A stretch of DNA of 60,806 bases from a virus. Its lineage: Duplodnaviria > Caudoviricetes. Location: IMG/VR virus record IMGVR_UViG_3300048573_000207, positions 1 through 60,806 of that record; one strand, 5' to 3'. Shown here piece by piece: positions 21,591 through 31,046 of this stretch. Position numbers and translations under genes: made by a program. Below the pieces are notes generated by a model that worked only from the letters and a program-made list of their open reading frames with translations, made no database searches and was not told where the DNA came from. How positions within the stretch are numbered: the first letter of the stretch is position 1; each line of letters starts with the position of its first letter.

Positions 21591-21935
21591 ATGGATAAAC
21601 GCCTAACCGATGCATTGGCATTTGCCAATTATAGATTAACACTGCAAGTTCAGAGACAAAATATTGACGCACGAGTTCAAGCGGCATTGTTGGTGTCTTA
21701 TCAGAATGCAATTTTTAAAACTTCACAAGAACTAATTGGATTTGTGGGCCTTAAAACCATGCGTTCAGACCGATTACTTGTAGAAGATAACAGCGGCAAC
21801 GTTATCCAAATTGAAAATCCAAATGAGTTCTTGACTATTCTAATCAATGTATATGACGCAGCAATGGAATTAAAGCAGCAAGAACTTCAAAAATTAAAGT
21901 CAGCAAGAAGCACGGCTAAAATTGTAGGGCTGTAA
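21591..21935 (+). CDS. Hypothetical phage protein
   Basis: 114-aa ORF heading the glycosyltransferase operon. Confidence 0.7.
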   Translation: MDKRLTDALAFANYRLTLQVQRQNIDARVQAALLVSYQNAIFKTSQELIGFVGLKTMRSDRLLVEDNSGNVIQIENPNEFLTILINVYDAAMELKQQELQKLKSARSTAKIVGL

Positions 21936-21936
21936 T

Positions 21937-22815
21937 ATGAGCAGTCGTGGCTTCATGATGTTCGCTTACAACAACGAACAGTTAGACTACACTCAGTTAG
22001 CTCTTGTTGCTGCCTATGCATGCAAGAAATACATGCCTGACATTCCAGTTGTACTTGTTACCAATCAGCAAAGTCTAGAACAGTGTAAAGAAACTCATGG
22101 TACAGCGCTAATGAACGCAGCCTGGGACAATATTATTGTTACCAATCCAGCGTACGAACGTAATATGCGTCTTCATCACGATGGTGCATATCACAGCTTC
22201 AACGCACAGTTTACAAACACCAACAAGCACGACATTTACAACCTAAGTCCATTTGATGAAACTATTCTAATTGACACCGATTACCTGTGTGGCAACAACA
22301 ACTTGGAAAAGTTATTTGGTGGACAACATGATGTTGCAATGTATCGTGACGCCCGTAACTTGCAAATGCAAGAACCATACACCACAGAACGTTGGTTACA
22401 TCATGCTGGTATTCGCATGTGGTGGAGTACAGTAGTGTATTGGCGCAAGAGCGAAGAAGCCGCGCACTTCTTTAACATTTGGACAGCAGTTAAAAATAAC
22501 TGGGAGTACTATCGCTTCTTGTACAAGTTTCCAGGTACATTATATCGCACCGACTACTCGGCAAGTATTGCAGCCCACATGTGCAACGGTTGGCAAGATG
22601 GTGGCTTCATTGGCGAAATTCCCAACTATATGCGCTACCAAGATCAGCGCGACGATATTGTAGAAGTCAAAGGAGCAAACCATTGGGTCATGTTAAGCAA
22701 CTTGCCCGAAGAGTGGAAAAACATTGTGGTTGAAGTTGCTGGCGAAGATGTTCACATGATGAACAAGAAAAGTATCCTTCGAAACTACAAACAGATTATG
22801 AAAGCGCTTGCATGA
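21937..22815 (+). CDS. GT-A fold glycosyltransferase
   Basis: SPFDETILIDTDYL (DxD motif), WWSTVVYWRK and YRTDY motifs. Confidence 0.75.
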   Translation: MSSRGFMMFAYNNEQLDYTQLALVAAYACKKYMPDIPVVLVTNQQSLEQCKETHGTALMNAAWDNIIVTNPAYERNMRLHHDGAYHSFNAQFTNTNKHDIYNLSPFDETILIDTDYLCGNNNLEKLFGGQHDVAMYRDARNLQMQEPYTTERWLHHAGIRMWWSTVVYWRKSEEAAHFFNIWTAVKNNWEYYRFLYKFPGTLYRTDYSASIAAHMCNGWQDGGFIGEIPNYMRYQDQRDDIVEVKGANHWVMLSNLPEEWKNIVVEVAGEDVHMMNKKSILRNYKQIMKALA

Positions 22816-23516
22816 CACTACATATCATTGCCCCGCCTAATTCTGATGAGCATGTCAGCATTACTGCAATGGATGCAAAGTATGTTGATGTAGCTGTGGA
22901 AATCAACGTGGTCCACGTTGACTTGGACCCGTATAGTCAGATCAAGCAGCTTGCATCGCTAGAACTCAAAGCCGGAGATATTATTTGTTTGGCAGGCGCC
23001 TGCCCAAGACAAACAACTGCGCCAATGGCGGAAATTGCCGCAACTAAAAAAGTAAATCTCATGCCCGGCACAGGTGTTGATCACCGCGGTGTGCCAATTG
23101 GCACACATAAGATTAATAGTCGCGCCCCAATTGAAAAGAATAATATGACCGCTTGGCCATATGTAATGGTCGTTGGTGATCCAGAATTGGCAACAAAAAG
23201 TTTTAAGCTATTACCTGACTTGGATCCTGCATTATATTGGGCCAACTATGTCCCTGCACCCAACGATTTAAAAATAGAACACTTGCTGGCAATATTACCT
23301 GCGACAGGATTGTGGGAATCACCAGACTGGTTTAAAGTAGTTGATCTAAGCATACGCAACTTGGAACTTGCGCCCGTCATGTACGCAAGTCATATGTGGC
23401 ACGATTGGATTGCATTTTATCCTGCGAATGGAAATTTCAAATTAGAAAATCATTCGCAGTTATGTCCAGTTTGGTTAGCCGGTAGTACAAAACCATTGGA
23501 ATATTGGAAACAATGA
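22812..23516 (+). CDS. Hypothetical protein, possibly degenerate glycosyltransferase paralog
   Basis: Translationally coupled; position in the GT cluster; no clear DxD motif. Confidence 0.45.
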   Translation: MTLHIIAPPNSDEHVSITAMDAKYVDVAVEINVVHVDLDPYSQIKQLASLELKAGDIICLAGACPRQTTAPMAEIAATKKVNLMPGTGVDHRGVPIGTHKINSRAPIEKNNMTAWPYVMVVGDPELATKSFKLLPDLDPALYWANYVPAPNDLKIEHLLAILPATGLWESPDWFKVVDLSIRNLELAPVMYASHMWHDWIAFYPANGNFKLENHSQLCPVWLAGSTKPLEYWKQ

Positions 23517-24508
23517 GCGAGTTAAAGTTTGAACTACGTCGCCGCGAGAAAAAAAAGTCAGAATTTTGGTGCGTATTTTATGACGAACATTCGGGCAGGA
23601 TCAAATCCATTGAACCAGGTCAGCAACAAGTAGCAGGTGCATTAGTAGTTGATTATGCCCGCGTTAAGAAAATTCTAGCAGGCGAGATTAATCAAAACGA
23701 TTACCGTGTAGCACTCAACGAAAATCTAGGTGTATTAGACTTGGTTGATATCAAGAAGCCTACAGAGTACAAAAAGAAACAAGTGTACCAAAGTTGGCTA
23801 TCGGCAGCCGAAACAGATACGTATGCAGCTGAACCTTTGCGAGCATCATTGTTTGTGGACACCGGGCACATAAGGTTCGAAGCAAGCCGTATTTGGACCA
23901 CTAAAATCAAAGAAGGCATTGACCGCAACTCAATTGACGATTCAATACCATTTTTTATTTCTGACGTAGAAGACCCACACAACTTGTTTGGCAATGACAA
24001 AATTAATCTGGCCGAAATAGTCGAACGTGGCTTTTGGGAAAAACGTTTATGGTCATTTATGGACCATGAGATCATACAAAAAATATTGTATCACAATCAA
24101 GAAATTCGTATCAACATGTCACCAGTTGCCAGCGGCCTTAACTTTGTAAGAATACGCCAACACTCGCCGTTTTTGGAAATCAATGATGAAAGAACTATTC
24201 TAAGCAAACCAGGTCCTGGCAAGCATTTAAGTGTATTTGCACGGGATGGATCATTATGGGCACAAAGTCATTATCAAAAGGGCTGTGCTATTGATCAACT
24301 AACTGGAAATTTATCAGTGGCAATATTATCTCAGCCTGACCCTGACTTCTTTGTCAGCTGGGCAGAGTTGCCAGCACTGATGCTTAGACAAGAACATCCG
24401 TTTGAATTGATTTCAAATTGGCCAGACCATATGGTTCCTTGTTTGTTATATAAAGCTAACAACTTAGATATCGGAGTACTCAGTGAAAACACCAATTACA
24501 GAATTTGA
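23513..24508 (+). CDS. Hypothetical phage protein
   Basis: Long coupled ORF in the operon. Confidence 0.65.
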   Translation: MSELKFELRRREKKKSEFWCVFYDEHSGRIKSIEPGQQQVAGALVVDYARVKKILAGEINQNDYRVALNENLGVLDLVDIKKPTEYKKKQVYQSWLSAAETDTYAAEPLRASLFVDTGHIRFEASRIWTTKIKEGIDRNSIDDSIPFFISDVEDPHNLFGNDKINLAEIVERGFWEKRLWSFMDHEIIQKILYHNQEIRINMSPVASGLNFVRIRQHSPFLEINDERTILSKPGPGKHLSVFARDGSLWAQSHYQKGCAIDQLTGNLSVAILSQPDPDFFVSWAELPALMLRQEHPFELISNWPDHMVPCLLYKANNLDIGVLSENTNYRI

Positions 24509-25454
24509 CGTAGTCTTTATCAGCTATGATGAACCAAATGCAGATGAAAACTATGCAGACCTACTAGAAAAGTGCCCATGGGCCAAGCGCAGTCATGGAG
24601 TGTATGGTAGCGATGCTTGCCACAAAGCAGCAGCCAAGCTAGCTGAAACCGAACGCTTTATCACAATTGATGCAGACAACAAAGTTCGCCCTGACTTCTT
24701 TGAAATGGAACTTGACTTGACCAAGTTTGATCGCAGTGACGTACTAAGCTGGTCGGGCAAAAACGTTATCAATGGTTTGGTATATGGCAATGGTGGTGTT
24801 AAGCTATGGCCCAAGAAAGTTGTAGAACAAATGCGTACACACGAAGCAGTTGATTCTGGCGCAGGCGCAGTTGACTTTTGTTGGGACATTCACTATCATC
24901 AACTAAACAACATCTATTCAGATGTGTATAACAATTCTACCCCATATCAATCATACCGCGCCGGGTTTCGAGAAGGTGTTAAACTTGCATTAACAGACGG
25001 TAAGCCAATGGACTGGCGACAAATTGCTGCCCGCAACAACTTTAAAAATCATCGCAGACTATTAGTTTGGATGAGCGTTGGCCAAGATGTACAAAACGGA
25101 TTGTGGGCCATGTATGGCGCACGTCTAGGTTGCTACTTAACTAACCTTCGCAGTGACTGGGACTATAAATTGGTAGCAGACTTCGAGTGGCACAATCAAT
25201 ATTGGTCTGACACAGTGGTGCCTATGTTTGCCGGCAACGAAGAACAGTGCCCTGTTACCAAATACTCTTGGAGTAAAACAAAGCTAATGGCAGAGACTGT
25301 CAAGTTAGGCCGTGTATTGCGACAGGACTTGCAGTTAGACATTGCTGAGTTAGACGAAGCTGGTAGTAAATTCTTTAAAGCAAGTTTCTTTAATCCACAT
25401 CGACTAGCACCTCACATCAAAGAAAGCGATGTTGACCAGTTTATTGCTGAATAA
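24483..25454 (+). CDS. GT-A (GT2-like) glycosyltransferase
   Basis: FDVVFISYDEPNA, FITIDADN (DxD), NGLVYGNGGVKLW and RAGFREGVK motifs. Confidence 0.75.
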   Translation: MKTPITEFDVVFISYDEPNADENYADLLEKCPWAKRSHGVYGSDACHKAAAKLAETERFITIDADNKVRPDFFEMELDLTKFDRSDVLSWSGKNVINGLVYGNGGVKLWPKKVVEQMRTHEAVDSGAGAVDFCWDIHYHQLNNIYSDVYNNSTPYQSYRAGFREGVKLALTDGKPMDWRQIAARNNFKNHRRLLVWMSVGQDVQNGLWAMYGARLGCYLTNLRSDWDYKLVADFEWHNQYWSDTVVPMFAGNEEQCPVTKYSWSKTKLMAETVKLGRVLRQDLQLDIAELDEAGSKFFKASFFNPHRLAPHIKESDVDQFIAE

Positions 25455-26335
25455 TGCTTGACGTATTTTTTATTTCAATGGGCGAAGAAGGTAGTGAAGC
25501 CAATTGGCAACGACTGCTTTCTTTTGCACCAGGTGCCAAGCGGGTTGATAACGTTAAAGGCATATACAATGTACATAAAGCCTGTGCGCAGTTGAGTACA
25601 ACTGAAAACTTTTATGTTGTAGATGCCGACGCTTGGGTCCTTGACGGATTCAAGTTCCATTGGGAACCAGACGTTAACACATTACACTGGGATGTTCCTG
25701 AAACAGAATGTGTTATTGTGTGGCCGAGCCGTAATCCTGTTAATGGATTGGAGTATGGTTACGGTGGCATTAAAATGTTTCCGCGAGTACCATTCTTAGA
25801 AAACAAGTCCTGGGACATTGATCTATCTACTACTATCAGTCGCGCCACAATTAGCAAAGAACAAGTCAGTTGCGAAACACGATTTAATGTTACACCAGAA
25901 TCAGCATGGATTGGAGCGTTTCGTGAATGTGCTAAACTTTCATCATTGTCAATGATTAAAAGTAGGGTGCGTAAAGCAATTAAAACTAGAAATGCAGAAC
26001 TTGCAGAACTTACAGAACGTACAAACGTATTAACAGATAGGATTCCCACGAATCATGCCATGTACCGTAAGATTCAAAGTATGCTTATCATTGACCGATA
26101 CAAGCGCGAGTCAGACATTTATTCGTACTGGACAGAAATTGAAGAATGCAGCCACCGAAGATTACACTGGACCGCAGTCGGCTGGGAAGCCCCCAATGGA
26201 AAATATAGTGTACTTGGAGCGCAAGCTGGATCTAACTTTGGATTGCAACATGCTGATGATTTAGCGATACTAGATAAAATCAATGATTGGGACTGGCTAC
26301 GAGAGGAATTTAAAAATGTCAATGTTCAATGCTAA
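25454..26335 (+). CDS. GT-A (GT2-like) glycosyltransferase, paralog of upstream gene
   Basis: DVFFIS, FYVVDADA, NPVNGLEYGYGGIK and AFRECAKL motifs align with the previous ORF. Confidence 0.75.
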   Translation: MLDVFFISMGEEGSEANWQRLLSFAPGAKRVDNVKGIYNVHKACAQLSTTENFYVVDADAWVLDGFKFHWEPDVNTLHWDVPETECVIVWPSRNPVNGLEYGYGGIKMFPRVPFLENKSWDIDLSTTISRATISKEQVSCETRFNVTPESAWIGAFRECAKLSSLSMIKSRVRKAIKTRNAELAELTERTNVLTDRIPTNHAMYRKIQSMLIIDRYKRESDIYSYWTEIEECSHRRLHWTAVGWEAPNGKYSVLGAQAGSNFGLQHADDLAILDKINDWDWLREEFKNVNVQC

Positions 26336-26398
26336 CCCAAAAAGCAGAATTCCTAGTACTGTACAACGATGCAGAGTGGCACACTAATTTAAGTTTAT

Positions 26399-27568
26399 AT
26401 GGATGGTTCCGTGGATAAAAATACTGAGTTGAGATCATCGTTATTATACTTTGTCGATGAAGCAATTGGCTATAGACACAGCTTGCACTTCTTTCATCGT
26501 TGGTTAGAAACTGGCAAACAATCCGAATTAGAAGGATTGATAATTGAAGTTGGTCGAGAAAACTTTGTTGACTTGCACTCAATTATAAACACAATTAAAG
26601 ATCCAGAATGTCATGCTGGATTTGGGGTCATTGACGACATTGCACGCATCAAAGGCCTACACGTACCCACTGAGTGGGTCAATGGCAACGAAGTAAAATT
26701 AACTCCACTAACAGTAGCAAACCCAAATCATCCTACGCTATTTGAGTTGTGCAATTGGACAAACGATAATGCAACCAAGATAGCCAATCCTGCTGCGGTC
26801 ATTTGCAAAGCACACAGTTTATTACATGAGTCTCGCACTAACTTTTATAAAGTGTTTAACTTAATGGAAGTGCTATTTGGGCTTAACACAATCTTTTCAT
26901 GTGTCATTGACAGCAACATCAATCGTACAGGCCAGGCCATAAGCCATTACTATCCAACGCAAGCTGACTATATTACTCGTCTTGCCAGCACAATATCTAA
27001 CAACCCAGACTTAAATTGGAAAGACGCACTGAGTCGCAACCAGGTCAAAAGCAAGTTGTGGCTGATTGATCGGCTAAACAAACTAGAAGTATTTGCCAAA
27101 AAGCAAAGCATCAATGATGCGGAAACAACTACATTGGTAGTTGGCGGCTGGGTAGGTATGATTCCTTTCTTGGCAAGTATGAGCCAACTGAATCTTGGCA
27201 ACGTAATCAACATTGATATTGACACCAGTGTGCATTCAGCAGCACATGAACTTAATACCAACACACACAGCAATTTTAAAAATTCTGGTACTGATGTAAG
27301 AGAGGTCGATCTTACAAAATACAAGAATCCATTAGTCATTGACACGATTGTTGAGCACTTTGAGAATCACGGCAAGTGGGTCAAAACACTGCCCAAAGGA
27401 ACCACAGTGGTACTACAAGGAAATGACATGTTTAACGTACCTGACCATGTCAACTGCCATACAACATTAGAAGACTTTATTGGGTCATGCGGGTTAAATA
27501 ACATTATCTGGGCTGGGGAACTCAATCTCCATATGTGTACCAGGTATATGGCCATTGGTACTACATGA
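26399..27568 (+). CDS. Protein with C-terminal class I SAM-dependent methyltransferase-like domain (start may be GTG 26411)
   Basis: QVKSKLWL...LVVGGWVG...NIDID glycine-rich SAM-binding signature. Confidence 0.65.
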   Translation: MDGSVDKNTELRSSLLYFVDEAIGYRHSLHFFHRWLETGKQSELEGLIIEVGRENFVDLHSIINTIKDPECHAGFGVIDDIARIKGLHVPTEWVNGNEVKLTPLTVANPNHPTLFELCNWTNDNATKIANPAAVICKAHSLLHESRTNFYKVFNLMEVLFGLNTIFSCVIDSNINRTGQAISHYYPTQADYITRLASTISNNPDLNWKDALSRNQVKSKLWLIDRLNKLEVFAKKQSINDAETTTLVVGGWVGMIPFLASMSQLNLGNVINIDIDTSVHSAAHELNTNTHSNFKNSGTDVREVDLTKYKNPLVIDTIVEHFENHGKWVKTLPKGTTVVLQGNDMFNVPDHVNCHTTLEDFIGSCGLNNIIWAGELNLHMCTRYMAIGTT

Positions 27569-27867
27569 ACGTTGATAAACGATTTAAACGATACAATAAT
27601 TTTAAAGTATACCGTGCAAGATTATTAACAATGCATCCTCGAACTGGTTATAGTATACACATTGATCAGACTCCTTGTATACATATTGCAATCAACACGC
27701 ATCGACAAGCACGATTTATTTTTACTAATCCTCCAGCGTTGCGCCATATTCCAGCTGACGGACATGTTTGGTGGGTTGACACACGCCAAGAACATTCGGC
27801 AATGAATGGTAGTTTAGAGCCACGCATTCACTTTGTTGCTTGCCTGGATAACACAGACTCAGATTAA
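27565..27867 (+). CDS. Aspartyl/asparaginyl beta-hydroxylase-like 2OG-Fe(II) oxygenase (short, possibly N-terminally deleted)
   Basis: R.RLL.M.P...YSIHID...HIAI and H.AMNG...RIH motifs (HxD...H). Confidence 0.65.
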   Translation: MNVDKRFKRYNNFKVYRARLLTMHPRTGYSIHIDQTPCIHIAINTHRQARFIFTNPPALRHIPADGHVWWVDTRQEHSAMNGSLEPRIHFVACLDNTDSD

Positions 27868-27882
27868 GTCATACATAAAGGT

Positions 27883-28497
27883 ATGACATTAGAAGTTATT
27901 CATACCTGCGCCGACGACTTTGGTAGCGTAGTATCTCTGTACCAAGATTTCTTAACAGAAATTGCAAAAGATCCTCTACCAGCAATGGTTAACATGGGGT
28001 ATGACTTGCCTGCAGGGTTGGGCCACCTGGTTACAAATCGTTCACGTTGGACCCGTGACACGGGCCGCATTGACTTATTACTTGACAGTGGACGCATTGT
28101 TGGAGTTAGTGCAGTAGAAACAAGTTCACTTTCGAGCGCATTTGGCAACGGCGGCAATCGTTGCTGGTTACTGCCAAAATATCGTGTTCATAATGAAATT
28201 ACAAAGTATTTGCTAGCATCAAATTTACAATGGTGCACGGAACAACAGCATGCGGGAATGATACTGACATTTAACGACTACAACAAATGGATCTATACCA
28301 CAATCAAAAAACGCACCACAGGCCAAGCTGGCGCACTTGGCCCAGTTTGGAGCAACTGGTGGAATGATTGTATTCCGTTTGAGCATCAATTGAATGTATT
28401 CAGTACTCCGCAATGGGCAGTAGTAAAACCCATTGCAAGTACAGATGTTGTACTAGACGGAATGAATAACATTGACAGAGAATTTAGAATAACATGA
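27883..28497 (+). CDS. GNAT-like acyltransferase (putative)
   Basis: GRIVGVSAV...GGNRCWLLPKYR resembles GNAT beta3-beta4/motif A. Confidence 0.45.
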   Translation: MTLEVIHTCADDFGSVVSLYQDFLTEIAKDPLPAMVNMGYDLPAGLGHLVTNRSRWTRDTGRIDLLLDSGRIVGVSAVETSSLSSAFGNGGNRCWLLPKYRVHNEITKYLLASNLQWCTEQQHAGMILTFNDYNKWIYTTIKKRTTGQAGALGPVWSNWWNDCIPFEHQLNVFSTPQWAVVKPIASTDVVLDGMNNIDREFRIT

Positions 28498-29441
28498 TTG
28501 TAAACACAGAAAATAGTCACCTGGTGTATTGGTACAACGACAACAAGTCTAGTATCTGGAGAACCGACGATTTTGATACCACTTCAATGAGTGTGGGAGG
28601 ATGTACCAGAAAGCCAATGAAACTCCAAGCAGAACTAATCAGAAATGCTCGTTCATTGATTAGACAATATCCTGATTTGACTATTTTTATGAGTGGTGGA
28701 TTAGACAGTGAAATGGCACTACGTTCTTTTCTTGCTGCTGGTATTACTCCTAAACTGGTTACTGTAAGATTCCCCCACGACAACAACATACACGACATTG
28801 GTCCAATGATCACAATGCTAAACAGCATGGGTTTGGAATATTCCATTATTGACATTGATCCCGACGCATTTTATTACTCAGGGGAATGGAAAGAAATTGC
28901 AGTAAAGTACCAAGCCTATACATTTTATCAACAAATGTTATTAAAAATTGCAGAGCAATACAATGCTCCAATGATCACAGTAGACGAAGTTGAGCTTGAA
29001 AATTTGCCAACTGTTGATTACGAAACCGGCCAGTATAAGTTTAATTGGTCTTTTTTGAAAAAAGAAGATCAAGACGGAGTGTGGCGCCGCTTTAACGAAA
29101 AGACTGGCATCCCTGCGTTAAATAATTTTTATACCTACAGTCCAGAATCTATTTTGGCATTTTTAAAAGAAGACACAGTTGCAAATCTCATAAGAGGTAA
29201 TATTCCTTATAAGCTGTCATGGACTTCATCTAAGATGAAAATTTATGGATCGCTGGGATACAATTTTAGAAAGCGACCAAAGTGGCACGGTGTGGAAAAT
29301 TACATGCACTTATGGGATATGGTAAACTATAATCTTGGCCAAACTGGATTGCACTATAGTCCCAGGCACTATGCAGTACCTGCACTAGAACTAGAACATA
29401 ATTTAGAAACAGGAAAACAAACACTATGTCAGACCGCATAA
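28494..29441 (+). CDS. PP-loop (adenine nucleotide alpha-hydrolase, asparagine-synthase-like) protein
   Basis: IFMSGGLDSE motif. Confidence 0.65.
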   Translation: MIVNTENSHLVYWYNDNKSSIWRTDDFDTTSMSVGGCTRKPMKLQAELIRNARSLIRQYPDLTIFMSGGLDSEMALRSFLAAGITPKLVTVRFPHDNNIHDIGPMITMLNSMGLEYSIIDIDPDAFYYSGEWKEIAVKYQAYTFYQQMLLKIAEQYNAPMITVDEVELENLPTVDYETGQYKFNWSFLKKEDQDGVWRRFNEKTGIPALNNFYTYSPESILAFLKEDTVANLIRGNIPYKLSWTSSKMKIYGSLGYNFRKRPKWHGVENYMHLWDMVNYNLGQTGLHYSPRHYAVPALELEHNLETGKQTLCQTA

Positions 29442-30064
29442 TCCCCCTTAACAGTACACATCTAACAGGACTAGTCAACTTTGCCGACGGCATTTACAAA
29501 AATGCTGACCCGGACAAATATCCAGATTTTCGCATTTCAGCGGACATCGACGACCATGCCAAGCGAACTAAATTTTTTAGTGCATTTTTAGTCCCTAGTA
29601 GCTTCAACGATTATAATATCAGGCAAGCGTATGCATTTGTCAATGATGACGGGGAGTATCAAGCCGCCGTAGGTGTACGCAGATGGGGTCATATGCCAAG
29701 TTGGAGTGTTGGTTGGTTATTGAGTCCAAGCCTTGGAGTACGTTTTATTCCAATGTTTAGAAAAATAATGGACGAGCTGTGCAAAATACACGAAGCCGCA
29801 GGCATGAATGAGTTTTATGTAACGTACCCAACAAGTCGCGAAGCAGCGTATAGTAAGATCATGCTGCCCTTTCGAGATCGCTACTACAGTTTTGTTGAAT
29901 GTACGCTGCCAGCAAAAACAGTAAGTCCTTATGGATTTATTCACTCGTTAATGGGATCAACAATTCACCCACATGATATGAATCTACGAAGATACATACT
30001 ACGAAGAGAAAATACCGAGCCTGAAAGTCAAGGCGGCATTGTTAACAGAAAATTTAAAAAATGA
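29426..30064 (+). CDS. Hypothetical protein, possible GNAT fold
   Basis: Coupled ORF; AYAFVNDDGEYQAAVGV...AAGMNEFY pattern weakly GNAT-like. Confidence 0.4.
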   Translation: MSDRIIPLNSTHLTGLVNFADGIYKNADPDKYPDFRISADIDDHAKRTKFFSAFLVPSSFNDYNIRQAYAFVNDDGEYQAAVGVRRWGHMPSWSVGWLLSPSLGVRFIPMFRKIMDELCKIHEAAGMNEFYVTYPTSREAAYSKIMLPFRDRYYSFVECTLPAKTVSPYGFIHSLMGSTIHPHDMNLRRYILRRENTEPESQGGIVNRKFKK

Positions 30065-30945
30065 AAAATTGGTTAAACAAACAAGTAGAGTTGTATCGTA
30101 AGACACACCAGATTCCGTACATATTAGCAGTATGGTTGCCTTATCACGTGGCAGCAATTGCAGTAATTGCTTATACCATTGCAACAGGCTGGTCATGGAG
30201 CTATATGCTTCTTGCCGTTTGCGGCTGGGTATTGCTAGACGGTGTTGGCAATAACTTGACACTGCATCGTTGGTTAAGCCATAAAAGCTGGACTCCACAT
30301 AAATGGGCAGAACCATTCTTATTATGGGCAAGTACCATGGTAGGAGAAGGTAGTCCGTTATGGTGGGTAGCACTACACCGCGGGCATCATCATCGAGTAA
30401 GTGACCAGCCAGGAGAAGACATTCATACTCCAGTTGGCAATGGATGGTGGCATAGCTATATGGGTTGGCAGTTTGGCATCGACCAAAAATCAGTTGGCTT
30501 TCGTTACGCAGTTGACTTGCTAAGAGATCGTCGTGTTACATTTATTCATGAAAACTACAACAAAATCATCTATGGCACATTGCTGTTGAGTGCATTCTTG
30601 TTTGGATGGCAAGCTACCGTTTGGTTCTTTGTCGTTGGTGCGTTAATGAGCTTGCATGCAGACGGTCTAGTAAACACATTCGGGCACGTACCTGGCGCTG
30701 GCTACCAAAACTTCAACAACAAAGATGCAAGTACTAACGTATGGGCAATTGGATACTTTCACTGGGGGTCGGGTTGGCACAACAATCATCATGCCAAAGC
30801 AAGTTCATTTGATTTTGGTACTTCAGTGAGTGGTCGCCCCCATGAATTTGATCCGTGCTTGGTTTTGGTGATTCCGTTTGCTCCGCTTTCGGAGACTAAA
30901 CGCTTGTGGTTGTTACGTAAAGATGCTATACTAGCTAAACAATAA
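30061..30945 (+). CDS. Membrane fatty-acyl desaturase (delta-9-like)
   Basis: His boxes HRWLSH, HRGHHH, HNNHH plus hydrophobic segments. Confidence 0.9.
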   Translation: MKNWLNKQVELYRKTHQIPYILAVWLPYHVAAIAVIAYTIATGWSWSYMLLAVCGWVLLDGVGNNLTLHRWLSHKSWTPHKWAEPFLLWASTMVGEGSPLWWVALHRGHHHRVSDQPGEDIHTPVGNGWWHSYMGWQFGIDQKSVGFRYAVDLLRDRRVTFIHENYNKIIYGTLLLSAFLFGWQATVWFFVVGALMSLHADGLVNTFGHVPGAGYQNFNNKDASTNVWAIGYFHWGSGWHNNHHAKASSFDFGTSVSGRPHEFDPCLVLVIPFAPLSETKRLWLLRKDAILAKQ

Positions 30946-30953
30946 GGAACAAC

Positions 30954-31010
30954 ATGACAGTACGACTTTTATCTTTCTCACAACCGACGGCAGAATTTAA
31001 AAATAAGTAA
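30954..31010 (+). pseudogene. Orphan thyX N-terminal stub (MTVRLLSFSQPTAEFKNK*)
   Basis: Has an AAGGA RBS; aligns with ThyX start MKVELVSHSAPSTEM. Confidence 0.8.
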
Positions 31011-31046
31011 CCTGCTGTAGTTTCAATCTCAATCATAAATACTTTT

